A stretch of 64,000 nucleotides of DNA from a virus (taxonomy: Duplodnaviria > Caudoviricetes). Below, in pieces: positions 45,460 through 54,457 of the stretch. Position 1 is the stretch's first letter. Every line of letters begins with the position of its first letter. The DNA is taken from IMG/VR virus record IMGVR_UViG_3300005937_000001, positions 23,425-87,424 of that record. One strand, given 5' to 3'. A program made the position numbers and the translations under genes. The notes below the pieces were generated by a model. The model ran no database searches. It was given only the letters and a program-made list of their open reading frames with translations, and was not told the DNA's origin.

Positions 45460-46874
45460 TGGCGAACGAAAATCTGCACCTGTCAAATGCCGGAGCTGGG
45501 CTCATCAAGCATTTCGAATCCTGCCTACGTCCAGTCGGCAGCAAGTTTCAGGCGTACTACGATCCCGTACGCGTACTGACCATCGGGTGGGGCCACACCA
45601 ATCACCACGGGCGCAAGTTCAAGGCCGGCGCAAAGTGGACGCGCAAAGAATGCGACGACGAATTTCTCTCCGATATGGAGCTATTCGAAGACGCGGTTAA
45701 GCAAGCGGTCAAGGTGCCGCTCACGCAATATCAGTTCGACGCGTTGGTCTCATTCACCTTCAACTGCGGCGCCGGTAACCTGCGATCATCCACTCTGCTT
45801 CGCCTGGTTAACGCCAACGCTTTCGACGCGGCCTCACGCGAGTTCGCCAAGTGGAATAAGGCCGGCAAGAAGGTGCTCAAGGGGTTGACGCGCAGGCGCG
45901 CGAGCGAAGCTCTGATGTTCCAGAATGCTGCTGATGCTGACTACGACGGCAAAGCTGATCCGCGCCCGATCAAGAAGCCGGACGACATACCGATCCACGG
46001 CGTCGAAGCACCGCCGGTGCTACTGCCGGAACTACCAAAGCTCGCAGCCGATACAGCAGCACTCATCCTGCAGACCAGGCTGGGTGACATGGGGTTGCTC
46101 GATCCTCCGCCTGACGGCATCGTTGGATCAGTCACGCGCTGGGCCCTGGAGGCGGCCGGCATCAAGACCCCGCTGACGGTCGAGAGTGCAAACAAAATCG
46201 CGCATCAGCTGTCAGAAATTCCGATGCTGCCGTTGAAGCCTGGTAACGATCTCGCCGGTCGCATCGTGCGCACAGCAGAAGAGCGAGGCTTCTGGATCGC
46301 GCGCCACAAGAGCTGCTGCAACATCTTCTACATCGAAGGCATGAACGAGGACGGCACCACCAACCCCAACAAGCCGAACCGGTTCAACGACCTTCGCGTC
46401 GTGATCAAGTGCAATGCTGATGGCGTGCCGAAGATTGTCGGGCAGTGGCAGGCGACAACTGAGCCTTCAAAGCACTGGACGATTAACCCGATGAACCCCA
46501 AGGGTGCCGCGCGCATCGCATTCGGGCAATGGAAGAGCTGGATCGTCGGCACGCACAACAGCAGCCATGAGGCGCTTATCCAGGTCATGCCGCTCACCGT
46601 CTACCGCGACAAAAACAAGGACTACTCACGCGTGGGTGATGTGCAGGACAGCGGCCTTTTCGGTATCAATCAGCACTGGGGCTACGACCTGCCGAAGGAT
46701 GATCTCGGGCGCTCATCCGCGGGCTGCCTGGTCGGCCGCATGAAGGCCGGTCACCGCGAGTTCATGAAGCTGATCAAAGCGGATGCCCGCTACCAGGCAA
46801 CGGGCTCTTACAAGTTCATGACAACAATCATGCCAGCGCAGTGGGTGCTGGGAACACAGGAGAAGACGCGATGA
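45459..46874 (+). CDS. Modular endolysin: GH24 lysozyme + PG-binding + YkuD/L,D-transpeptidase-like domain
   Basis: LIKHFE...YYD....LTIGWGH, LTQYQFDALVSFTFNCG.G, KW.KAG....GL.RRR..E (GH24); DGIVG..T (PG-binding); GINQH...SSAGC. Confidence 0.85.
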   Translation: MANENLHLSNAGAGLIKHFESCLRPVGSKFQAYYDPVRVLTIGWGHTNHHGRKFKAGAKWTRKECDDEFLSDMELFEDAVKQAVKVPLTQYQFDALVSFTFNCGAGNLRSSTLLRLVNANAFDAASREFAKWNKAGKKVLKGLTRRRASEALMFQNAADADYDGKADPRPIKKPDDIPIHGVEAPPVLLPELPKLAADTAALILQTRLGDMGLLDPPPDGIVGSVTRWALEAAGIKTPLTVESANKIAHQLSEIPMLPLKPGNDLAGRIVRTAEERGFWIARHKSCCNIFYIEGMNEDGTTNPNKPNRFNDLRVVIKCNADGVPKIVGQWQATTEPSKHWTINPMNPKGAARIAFGQWKSWIVGTHNSSHEALIQVMPLTVYRDKNKDYSRVGDVQDSGLFGINQHWGYDLPKDDLGRSSAGCLVGRMKAGHREFMKLIKADARYQATGSYKFMTTIMPAQWVLGTQEKTR

Positions 46875-47200
46875 ACTTTGATTTCTTGAAGGTACTGCAG
46901 ATGCTGCTTTCGGTTCTCGGCCGCGACAAGCCAAAGGTCGAAGAGGTGGTCAAGAACGTCGTCGACGTCATTGGCGATCTGCCAAAGGTAGAGCTGGAAG
47001 AGCAGATCGAAGAGATCGACATGCGCGTTGCGCAAGAGCTTTTAACGAAGCTCGGCTTCGATCCTGGTCCGGTCGATGGTTGGCCAGGGCCGCTCACGCG
47101 CAAAGCGGTGATGGAGTTTCAGGAGCAGAATGACCTGGAAGTCGATGGCCTGATTGGCCAGAAGACCTGGGCCGCTCTGAAAGAAAGAGGAGGTAGCTGA
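46871..47200 (+). CDS. Peptidoglycan-binding domain protein
   Basis: Q.LL.KLGF.PGPVDG..G..T.KAV.EFQ..N.L.VDG.IG..TW..L. Confidence 0.8.
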   Translation: MNFDFLKVLQMLLSVLGRDKPKVEEVVKNVVDVIGDLPKVELEEQIEEIDMRVAQELLTKLGFDPGPVDGWPGPLTRKAVMEFQEQNDLEVDGLIGQKTWAALKERGGS

Positions 47201-47457
47201 TGGGAGCGTTCGGCGCAAAAGTCGCGCAAGTTACAATCGAGTCCGATTGGTGGTCAAAGATCAATTGGACGCAAGTTGTCGCCTGGGCATGCAGCGCGAT
47301 CGCGGTCTTCTCCGGCAACAAGCTGGAAGTGGACGTGGCCACGCAGGCGCAAATCGTTCTCACGATCCAAGGCATCGCAGCCATCATCACGATCTGGCTT
47401 CGCCGCAACAGCACGACCATCACACCAACGGCCGCGGCCAAGCTTGAAAAGCAATGA
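47200..47457 (+). CDS. Putative holin
   Basis: 85 aa, two hydrophobic segments, W.SK.NW start, basic C-terminus; in the lysis cluster. Confidence 0.65.
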   Translation: MGAFGAKVAQVTIESDWWSKINWTQVVAWACSAIAVFSGNKLEVDVATQAQIVLTIQGIAAIITIWLRRNSTTITPTAAAKLEKQ

Positions 47458-48122
47458 CGGATGAGACTTCTTTCGAAGAGCTGCTCGCGCGCCCACGTGA
47501 CGATCGCCTGATCCTTCAGTTCTCAACCGCAGCACCAGACTGGCGTTTCGAGCGGCTGCCGGCACTCTGCAAGAAGTGGCCGATCAGCATGATGTTCAAC
47601 AAGAACTGGGGCAGCGCCTTGATCAGGCGCGCGTGCCACTCGCCGTTCTCGCACGTCGACATGCTGATGAAGGATGGCACTCTGCTTGGTGCTAGCAACA
47701 GCCCGTTCGCGCCGTTTATTCACGGCAACCCGTGTGGCGTAGCTAGCCGCCCGATGGACTATCAGAAGTTCGCTTACCGTCGGCAGATGATCCTGGCGAC
47801 CGAGCGTGCTGATGATATTCGCCGGCTGTGGTCGACGCAGCTCGGCAAGGGCTACGACAACAGTGCGATCCGCGACTTCGCCAGCGACAAGTTTCCAGGG
47901 CAACGTGATTGGCGTCTGAATGACAGCTGGTTCTGCGCCGAAGGGGTCGTATGGGCGATGGAGACCGGACACTTCTGGGGGCCTGAGCCGTTGCGCTGGC
48001 CGAAGAATCGCGTCAGCCCGACGGACATCTTGATGATGTGCATTCACGATCCGCGCTGGCTCAACCGTGACACGTTCTGGAAACCGATCCCTGGCCTCGT
48101 GCTTGGAGAAGGCGAGACCTAG
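47454..48122 (+). CDS. Permuted papain-like (YiiX/YebB, NlpC/P60) hydrolase
   Basis: His before Cys: SPFSHVD...G and Q.GK.YD...WFCAE...A...VSP.D. Confidence 0.75.
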   Translation: MTDETSFEELLARPRDDRLILQFSTAAPDWRFERLPALCKKWPISMMFNKNWGSALIRRACHSPFSHVDMLMKDGTLLGASNSPFAPFIHGNPCGVASRPMDYQKFAYRRQMILATERADDIRRLWSTQLGKGYDNSAIRDFASDKFPGQRDWRLNDSWFCAEGVVWAMETGHFWGPEPLRWPKNRVSPTDILMMCIHDPRWLNRDTFWKPIPGLVLGEGET

Positions 48123-48211
48123 TTCTGCCACGGAAAGCGGCTAAGCAATATCCAGTACAGCGCGCAGTACAGTGCGACACCAACGACGAAGAATAGCGCG
48201 CCGTCGAACAT
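48119..48211 (-). CDS. Possible 30-aa single-TM peptide
   Basis: MFDGALFFVVGVALYCALYWILLSRFPWQN*; below the track cutoff. Confidence 0.3.
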   Translation of the reverse strand: MFDGALFFVVGVALYCALYWILLSRFPWQN

Positions 48212-48226
48212 CTTTAACGCCCGACT

Positions 48227-48258
48227 GACCCCCGAGGGAAACCTCGGGGGTCTTTTTT
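48227..48258 (+). terminator. Rho-independent terminator ending the late operon
   Basis: Perfect 11-bp stem GACCCCCGAGG-GAAA-CCTCGGGGGTC followed by TTTTTT. Confidence 0.85.
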
Positions 48259-48260
48259 GT

Positions 48261-48617
48261 TCAGTACGGGATTACCCAACCTGGCGGCACCCAACCCGCG
48301 GGCACGTACGGCCCGTAGAATCCGTATGGTAGCACGGCGCCGCGCGAACCAGCAAAGAACATGCAGGCCTCGGTGCCGCTGTAGGCGATCTCGCGCCGGC
48401 CGGTAAGATAGCCGAGCTGGATCGCCGACTGGATGCACGATGGCGACGCTGGCCGCGCGACAGGCACGGGGTAGAGCCCTGGCCGCATCACCGGCGGCGG
48501 CCCGTTTCTGAAGCCATCGGCGCGTGCGGGACGGTTGAACAAAGTAACGGCAATCATGATGACAGCAGCGGCCAGCGTTGCTGCAACAATTAAATTCCAA
48601 CCGATAGTGCGGATCAC
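48261..48617 (-). CDS. Exported/membrane-anchored hypothetical protein
   Basis: N-terminal hydrophobic helix ending ARA; SD AAGGAG-like upstream. Confidence 0.55.
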   Translation of the reverse strand: MIRTIGWNLIVAATLAAAVIMIAVTLFNRPARADGFRNGPPPVMRPGLYPVPVARPASPSCIQSAIQLGYLTGRREIAYSGTEACMFFAGSRGAVLPYGFYGPYVPAGWVPPGWVIPY

Positions 48618-48901
48618 GTTCCTTCTCCTTCTCTAAATCCTGGGGAGTTTTTCTCAATATCTCGGCCTAAGCGATCGATCAAAAGGTCCATGTCATGCCC
48701 TCTTGTTGGCGGACTGTTTCCCAACCTCAATATCTGATCTTCAGCCGTTTTTATTCTCATGCCGAGCATCAACAGTTCGTCTTGTGTTGGACGATGTCTT
48801 GCTGCTCGCCACTTTCCAAATGTCGTACGCACGTACACGCAAGTTTCGAAAAGCATGCGGCACACCGCACGTAATTCGAGTTCGTTCAATTCACGAGCCA
48901 C
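48614..48901 (-). CDS. Hypothetical protein
   Basis: GTG start after GGAGAAG; chained overlap. Confidence 0.5.
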   Translation of the reverse strand: MARELNELELRAVCRMLFETCVYVRTTFGKWRAARHRPTQDELLMLGMRIKTAEDQILRLGNSPPTRGHDMDLLIDRLGRDIEKNSPGFREGEGT

Positions 48902-49283
48902 GTTCTTCTCCTTTACTGTTGGTGTCGGGTGGCCCCCGACCAATATCTAAAATTCTCTCGACTGACTGGTTCACTTTCGATTCGAATACATTCATCTGCT
49001 CCAAGATTTGTGCGTGTTGATTTGCAATTTCATCGGTGAAGGTTTTGACTTGCGTCATGCCACGTTCGACAAGCTGGCGTAATGCAGCAACCTTCTTTTC
49101 GAGTTCTTCAACCGCAGCCATGGAAGTCTGAAACATGGAGTCTGACGACGAAAGCAGTGATGGCGTCGGCTGGATTGCTTCGCGTTGCTCGCGCACGCGT
49201 GGGGGCGCGAAGTTACGAAGATCATCCTCGACCTTCGACAACACCTCACGCAGTGGAGGTCTCACTTCTGGTCGTTCAGCCAT
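48891..49283 (-). CDS. Coiled-coil hypothetical protein
   Basis: 130 aa, heptad-rich; SD AAGGAG. Confidence 0.6.
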   Translation of the reverse strand: MAERPEVRPPLREVLSKVEDDLRNFAPPRVREQREAIQPTPSLLSSSDSMFQTSMAAVEELEKKVAALRQLVERGMTQVKTFTDEIANQHAQILEQMNVFESKVNQSVERILDIGRGPPDTNSKGEERGS

Positions 49284-49786
49284 TGCATTCTCCTTTTCGA
49301 TCTTGTCAGGAACGGGAGCAGAAACAGGGCGCCAACAATGACAAAGATTGCCGAGGCCAGCGCCCAGATCGGCATGCGGTTTTCTGCGGCTTTTTGCGGT
49401 GGTGAGGCGGCTTTTTGCGGCGGTGGGGCGGCTTTTTGCACTTGTGGGGCGGCTTCCTGCGGCTGCTCCAGCAATCGAATGATGCCCCTGGTCTGCAGGT
49501 CTTCGGCCTTCAGCACCACCGGCGCTTCCTGCGGAACGGGGTCAGCCGCGGGGGCGACCAGCAGCTGCCCCGCCCGCTGCACTGACGCCTCGGAGGGGGT
49601 CCTCGTAGCACGCCAGTACAACTCAGATTTCGGCTTGCCAGGCCGGCCAACGTACCAACATTTGCGGCCGTCGATTTCGCGCCAGCTCCAATAGGCATTG
49701 CTGCCACCAGGACCCGCACTGCACTCGACCACGTCGCGCGCGAACGCGGGCGAGCTGAGCAGCAGCATGGCCAGAAGCAGGAGCAT
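49262..49786 (-). CDS. Periplasmic/membrane protein (signal peptide, C..W..R.IDGRKCWY.G domain, C-terminal TM)
   Basis: MLLLLAMLLLSSPAFA signal; hydrophobic IWALASAIFVIVGALFLLPFL near the end. Confidence 0.6.
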   Translation of the reverse strand: MLLLLAMLLLSSPAFARDVVECSAGPGGSNAYWSWREIDGRKCWYVGRPGKPKSELYWRATRTPSEASVQRAGQLLVAPAADPVPQEAPVVLKAEDLQTRGIIRLLEQPQEAAPQVQKAAPPPQKAASPPQKAAENRMPIWALASAIFVIVGALFLLPFLTRSKRRMQWLNDQK

Positions 49787-49962
49787 CAGCGCCCCTTGAA
49801 CAGCTCGCAGATGGCGGCGGCGATCTGCAGTGCGGCCGCAGTGGCGGAAGCCTCCGCGGGTGTCAGTCGTGTTGGTTCACCATTGATATCGAAGCGGACG
49901 CGGTTCTCCCGCACCTTGGTAAGTGCGCTCTCGATGTGCTTGAGCTTCTCATCGATCGTCAT
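49786..49962 (-). CDS. Small hypothetical protein (58 aa)
   Basis: MTIDEKLKHIE...ELFKGR*; TGATG coupled to the next gene. Confidence 0.45.
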   Translation of the reverse strand: MTIDEKLKHIESALTKVRENRVRFDINGEPTRLTPAEASATAAALQIAAAICELFKGR

Positions 49963-50155
49963 GATGTAGCGCCCTGTCTATCGTTTGCGCCGCTTCAGAT
50001 GTTTTCCCGATCTTAAGCTGATGGCGCGCCTTGTACATTGCACGCCTGAGATCGCGGATACGAAAGGCCTGCTTAATTGCGATGTCGGCGCTTTTCTCGC
50101 CAAACATCATCGCGCCATCGCGCTCACGCGCGAGCCTCGCTTCAGTGGGTGTCAT
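49949..50155 (-). CDS. Hypothetical protein
   Basis: 68 aa in the overlapping gene chain. Confidence 0.5.
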   Translation of the reverse strand: MTPTEARLARERDGAMMFGEKSADIAIKQAFRIRDLRRAMYKARHQLKIGKTSEAAQTIDRALHHDDR

Positions 50156-50621
50156 GATCGTCGCGCTCGATGAAGTCGTGGATCAACTGCGCAAGCAGCT
50201 CGCCGGAACGTACGCCGCGAAGCTCAGCTTCCAAGATGAGCTTAGTCATCGAGTTCTTGTCGATCGGCACACGTACGCTGCTGTCGCCGTATTCCAACTT
50301 CAACCCGAAATGCTTCTCACCGTCAGTCGGTGCGCCATTAGTCAAGATCAACTTGGGCCTCATGGTTGCCACCCCTTGAGATGAAGGCGGCCTTGATTGT
50401 ACCCCAACGCCGTTGTCGATGCGACGGCGGCGTAAGCTAATTCCTAGACGAGAACAAGTGACCTGCAGCGATCCGAGGGTAACGCCAATGGTCTCGGCGA
50501 TCTCCTCACGTCGAGTGCCACGTTCGACTAGGTTCTTGATCTGCTCGATGCGCTCGGGAGTGAACTTGACTTGGCGCCCGCGCACGGAGGGCGCAACGAG
50601 GACGGGAGCTGGCTGCAGCAT
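50142..50621 (-). CDS. Helix-turn-helix DNA-binding protein
   Basis: RGRQVKFTPERIEQIKNLVERG..REEIAE.IGVT.GSLQVTCSRLGISLRR HTH; resembles (from memory) small Bradyrhizobium-type regulators. Confidence 0.7.
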   Translation of the reverse strand: MLQPAPVLVAPSVRGRQVKFTPERIEQIKNLVERGTRREEIAETIGVTLGSLQVTCSRLGISLRRRRIDNGVGVQSRPPSSQGVATMRPKLILTNGAPTDGEKHFGLKLEYGDSSVRVPIDKNSMTKLILEAELRGVRSGELLAQLIHDFIERDDHDTH

Positions 50622-50691
50622 GGCTAAATCTCCTTTTTGGTTAGTTAATTCGTGTATAAAACTGGTTCACAAAACGACCTTGTGACAAAAA

Positions 50692-50913
50692 TCACAGTCC
50701 CGCCGTCGATATGCGCCGCACCTCGGAGAGAAATCTGTGCAGCATCTTGCCCTTCAGTGCTTGGTCGGGGCATCGTCGGATCACCATCCCAGAGCAGATC
50801 GCCAAGGCGGCGACGTAATCATCGACCCTGCCGTGGGCCTCGGCGATCGCTTCGATCGTGCCGCACAACGATCCGACGCGTTTCGCGCGTTCATCATCTT
50901 CTTCATCCATCAC
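50692..50913 (-). CDS. Hypothetical protein
   Basis: 73 aa in the chain. Confidence 0.45.
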   Translation of the reverse strand: MMDEEDDERAKRVGSLCGTIEAIAEAHGRVDDYVAALAICSGMVIRRCPDQALKGKMLHRFLSEVRRISTAGL

Positions 50914-51140
50914 TGGTCCGCTCCTACGAACACTCGCCTAGGCTCGCACGCGTCCGACTCTTGCAGGTCGAAGATGCCGACGGTGCACAGCTCGACCACC
51001 ATCTCGGAAAACGTTTTGCTTTCCTGCACTGCCATGATCTTAATTTGCTTGAACACGTACTCAGGAAACATCACCGCAACTTTGGGATCGTGGCCCTTCT
51101 CTCGAAAGCCCTTGGGCATCGACTTCTTTTTCTTCGTCAT
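50910..51140 (-). CDS. Possible ribbon-helix-helix protein
   Basis: KVAVMFPEYVF.QIK.MA..E.KTFSEMV pattern. Confidence 0.45.
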   Translation of the reverse strand: MTKKKKSMPKGFREKGHDPKVAVMFPEYVFKQIKIMAVQESKTFSEMVVELCTVGIFDLQESDACEPRRVFVGADQ

Positions 51141-51519
51141 GCGGGTTCTCCGTTAACGTCGGCGCGCCGATCTCCGGCGCAGATAACTCTAAACCTGGCG
51201 GTGGATCGAACGCGGCGTTGTGCTTCTTGGCCTTACGCGTCAAGAAAGCTTCGTGCTTCAGGCGCACCGCTTCGGCCTTGGCCTCGGCTGCCGCTTCTGC
51301 GGCTCGCGCCCGCGCGGCGCGCGCTTCGGCTGACCAGTCGGCATGCCACAGCAATGCGTGGCAACGGGTGCAGACCCTGAGATCACCGCCAGCGATCAAC
51401 ACCGAGGGTTCGTTGCAATCGCTGCAGCGCCAGCTCTTCGTCAACCATGGCGCCGGCGGCGCGACTGGCCGCTGAACTGGCGGCAACCGTGCAGGTCCTG
51501 CTGGCTTGCTGGGCATCAT
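51061..51519 (-). CDS. Zinc-finger hypothetical protein
   Basis: CSDC...CTRC pair followed by an Ala-rich helix. Confidence 0.45.
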   Translation of the reverse strand: MMPSKPAGPARLPPVQRPVAPPAPWLTKSWRCSDCNEPSVLIAGGDLRVCTRCHALLWHADWSAEARAARARAAEAAAEAKAEAVRLKHEAFLTRKAKKHNAAFDPPPGLELSAPEIGAPTLTENPHDEEKEVDAQGLSREGPRSQSCGDVS

Positions 51520-52331
51520 CCTGCTTTCCTGAGTTCACGGGAGACGTAGTCATCGCTACGCGGGAGCAACACCGAGACCTTATCGGCGTAGCCCGTCGGA
51601 TCAGCATCATCGCCGGTGAGATACTTGTGGACGATGTACGAAATTTCGCAGCCTTGCTGCCACTGCCGAACCTGCGGGCCCTCCTCGCTTTGCTGAAGCG
51701 CGGTCAGCACGTCGAAGAATGCGTACCGGCCAACTTCATCGGAAGCGCAGCGCAGCACCCCCGCACAAAGCAAATTTTCGACGGCGAGATGTACGCCGGT
51801 GTTGGCATGTTTGTCCGATCGACGCATCAGCAGTCCAGTGATCCCGCAGTAAGCGACAACGCCCCTGGAACTGAAGAGATCGATCTTGCTACGCTCGCGC
51901 ATGCGGGCGAGTGCATGCCAGGAGATGAATGCCAGCCGGCTGCGGTTCATCATGATGTGACCGTTCCGCCGCAGCATGCAGATGTAACCGCGGACGAGGA
52001 TGCCTTCGAAGCCGACATTTGTCAAAGGATGCTTGGCAACTTCCCAGGTCAGCACCTCGCAGCCACCGGAACGCGAACGGCTCATGTGGCAATTGACGAA
52101 GCAAGCGGCGTCCTCCTGCGCCTTGCGCAAACGCGTGATGCCGGCCTTGAACGCGAAAACCGCCTGGCGCGGGCCACCAACTTCGGACATTGCCTTGCCC
52201 CAGGCCTGGAATGCGTCGCTCCAGTTCTTGGTGCCAGGCGCCAACAGGTGCGCACCCGCGGCCCCGCGCGCGGCGAGGTCCCGCGTCATTTGCGCGGCGA
52301 ACACTCGGCCCTCGGTCGAGACGATGGACAT
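51516..52331 (-). CDS. Hypothetical protein
   Basis: 271 aa, ATGA-coupled; SD GGAGAAG. Confidence 0.6.
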   Translation of the reverse strand: MSIVSTEGRVFAAQMTRDLAARGAAGAHLLAPGTKNWSDAFQAWGKAMSEVGGPRQAVFAFKAGITRLRKAQEDAACFVNCHMSRSRSGGCEVLTWEVAKHPLTNVGFEGILVRGYICMLRRNGHIMMNRSRLAFISWHALARMRERSKIDLFSSRGVVAYCGITGLLMRRSDKHANTGVHLAVENLLCAGVLRCASDEVGRYAFFDVLTALQQSEEGPQVRQWQQGCEISYIVHKYLTGDDADPTGYADKVSVLLPRSDDYVSRELRKAG

Positions 52332-52332
52332 G

Positions 52333-52776
52333 TCACGCCCTCTCTTCTCCGCAGATTTTGCAAGTGTCGATCAACCCCGACTTGTCAGTTTCCCAGACAT
52401 GCTTGCAGTCAGTTCGTTTGAACGAGTGAAATTTCGTGCCGTGCTTATCAAGCTCGCGCAAGATTGCGATCATCGTCTCTGCGTCTGCTTCAGTTAAAAA
52501 CTTGACCGCTCCATGTTCCCCCGACACCACGCTGTGCGTTCGTCTGGTCGAGAAGCCAATGCACCAATAAATGAGAGGGTTCTGTATGCGCGCGGCCATC
52601 GCACGGCAGTCAGCGGCGGCTTCGACCGCTTCATCGGTGGCCGACAGTCCTAGAAAGCGATCCGCCATTCGGTCGAGGAAGGCGCGCAGCAACTCAAGCT
52701 CGGCCTCTAGCTCCTGAATGCGCTTACCATAGGAAACGTGTTCTTCCATCTCAGCGTGGTGATCAGGATTACTCAT
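52333..52776 (-). CDS. Hypothetical protein
   Basis: 147 aa with C-terminal CKH...CKIC motif. Confidence 0.55.
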   Translation of the reverse strand: MSNPDHHAEMEEHVSYGKRIQELEAELELLRAFLDRMADRFLGLSATDEAVEAAADCRAMAARIQNPLIYWCIGFSTRRTHSVVSGEHGAVKFLTEADAETMIAILRELDKHGTKFHSFKRTDCKHVWETDKSGLIDTCKICGEERA

Positions 52777-52973
52777 GTCTCGCCTCTCAACCTTGCCGCT
52801 ATCTCGCGGCAGTTAGCGGCTTCTTGTCTCAGATCGCGCTCTCTGAACGTGCCCGCTGCTGCATCGGCCTCGCGATCCAAGTAGTCCGCCAGTCCGCCGA
52901 GGGAGACAGCGGCCTCGGCGAGTTGTTGATGCAGCCGCCGGTTAGCTTCGATCCAATGCTGGCAGTCGCTCAT
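52773..52973 (-). CDS. Hypothetical protein
   Basis: 66 aa, ATGA coupled. Confidence 0.5.
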   Translation of the reverse strand: MSDCQHWIEANRRLHQQLAEAAVSLGGLADYLDREADAAAGTFRERDLRQEAANCREIAARLRGET

Positions 52974-53236
52974 CGGCGCAGCTCCGGCCGCAGCCGCGGC
53001 GCGCTCTCGGTGCCGGTAATCCGGCCGGCACCGTCGCGGAACGTGGTGGTGCCATTGGCGTCCCTGGTGGTCGTCTCGGTGATACGGCCCGAGCTGTCAC
53101 GCCACGTGCGCGTCCCGTTGCTGTCGGTCGACGACGTGCCGATGATCCGGCCGCTGGCATCCCGCAGCGTCGTGCTTTGGGCTGACGCTGCGATGGTCGC
53201 AACGAAGAGGAACACGATTGCGTAGAGCGGCTTCAT
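52970..53236 (-). CDS. Small secreted protein with RD-x-S-GR-I repeats
   Basis: MKPLYAIVFLFVATIAASA signal; three RD(A/S/G)xGRI beta-hairpin repeats. Confidence 0.65.
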   Translation of the reverse strand: MKPLYAIVFLFVATIAASAQSTTLRDASGRIIGTSSTDSNGTRTWRDSSGRITETTTRDANGTTTFRDGAGRITGTESAPRLRPELRR

Positions 53237-53453
53237 AAGCTTCCTCCCTGTACTGACGACGGCTATCGTCATCAAAAAGTTTTCTGCACTGTGCACGGAT
53301 ATGCTGTGGCACGTCAGTGTAATGCACACGGGTGATGGGCTCAGGTTTGCGGGGCACGACCGACCATCGCAGCAGATTAGGTGGAGAAGTTTTTGCTGTA
53401 GGCCTTTCGGCAATGTAATAGTAAGAGCCATTGATCAACTCACTGATGAACAT
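53097..53453 (-). CDS. Hypothetical protein (3' end overlaps next gene)
   Basis: Start overlaps the TSCPD stop; ~140-nt overlap downstream lowers confidence. Confidence 0.3.
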   Translation of the reverse strand: MFISELINGSYYYIAERPTAKTSPPNLLRWSVVPRKPEPITRVHYTDVPQHIRAQCRKLFDDDSRRQYREEAYEAALRNRVPLRCDHRSVSPKHDAAGCQRPDHRHVVDRQQRDAHVA

Positions 53454-53764
53454 TCTTCATCTCCAATACGATCGACAACGGCGCCGATGATGGTCGACGG
53501 TGTGTTGTCGTGGTTACGCGTGATGGCGTGCCGAATCACCTCCAGCGGCACCCCGTGCTGCAAAGCGAGCGAAAGTAAGATCGCGCCGTCACGCGCGGTC
53601 GCGTCTAGGTCCGATCCGGCCTTGGCGCCGGAGATGAAAACTTCGCCGATGCGCCTGTCCTGGTAATAGCCAAGGCTGACCTGGAAGGTGGTGTTCTGCC
53701 CTCCCCACTGCATTTCGAAGCTCTCAGAGTGTCGACGGTTGGGCAGGGCTTCGCGCGTGCTCAT
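53435..53764 (-). CDS. Stand-alone TSCPD domain protein (class II ribonucleotide reductase C-terminal-like)
   Basis: RE.LPNRR.SE.F...G.Y.D..IGEVFI...K.GS.L....RD.AILLSLALQHGVPL..I. Confidence 0.7.
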   Translation of the reverse strand: MSTREALPNRRHSESFEMQWGGQNTTFQVSLGYYQDRRIGEVFISGAKAGSDLDATARDGAILLSLALQHGVPLEVIRHAITRNHDNTPSTIIGAVVDRIGDEECSSVS

Positions 53765-53941
53765 TTTAATCTCTCCTTTAAGAGGGATTTCAAGCCTAAC
53801 TTAATTTTTCGAGGAAAGCAATTGCGGCGGTCGACAGCCTTGAACGGCAAATGAGCGTTATCGGGAGAGCGAGAAACCGCAGGCTGTCTTTCTGAGAGCC
53901 GACCCCACCGCTGGCCAACCGGAGTACTATCTCGATCCCGA

Positions 53942-54442
53942 TCAGTAAATCAGCTCGCTAGGATAACCCTTGAAATACTGGCCGCGCACGCAGCCGATCA
54001 TGTCGCCGAGGTCCCAGAACTCGAACTGAGAACGGTGCTCGCGAATGTACTCGATGCGCTCCTGCCAGTCGAAGCAGTTTGCCCAGGTCTGGTCAGCATG
54101 CTCCTGCTCTAGATTGCTGAGATGCTCCTCATCGAGGACAGGGTAATCCTTCAGCTTGTCCTTGATTTCGTCCGCGATGCGGAGCGCCTTGTCGCTCTCG
54201 TCCGAGCCATCGGCCTCGATCGCGATCCACTCGACCCAACCGACAAGCCAATGGCTCTCGCGCACGAGCGTGATGACGTCGCTTTCGCCACCAAGCTCAC
54301 GCAGCATGCAGACGAAGTTCGACTCTTCCAGGGCGTCGCTGTCACGCGAATGTCCAACGCCGGCGCCGTAGTGGTTCGGCCACGTTGCACCGAAATAATG
54401 CTCGGGCAGCGTCCAGCGCTTGAGGTTCTTTGGTTCGTACAT
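53942..54442 (-). CDS. Hypothetical protein
   Basis: 166 aa, preceded by GGAGAACTCAAATG. Confidence 0.7.
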   Translation of the reverse strand: MYEPKNLKRWTLPEHYFGATWPNHYGAGVGHSRDSDALEESNFVCMLRELGGESDVITLVRESHWLVGWVEWIAIEADGSDESDKALRIADEIKDKLKDYPVLDEEHLSNLEQEHADQTWANCFDWQERIEYIREHRSQFEFWDLGDMIGCVRGQYFKGYPSELIY

Positions 54443-54457
54443 TTGAGTTCTCCATTG

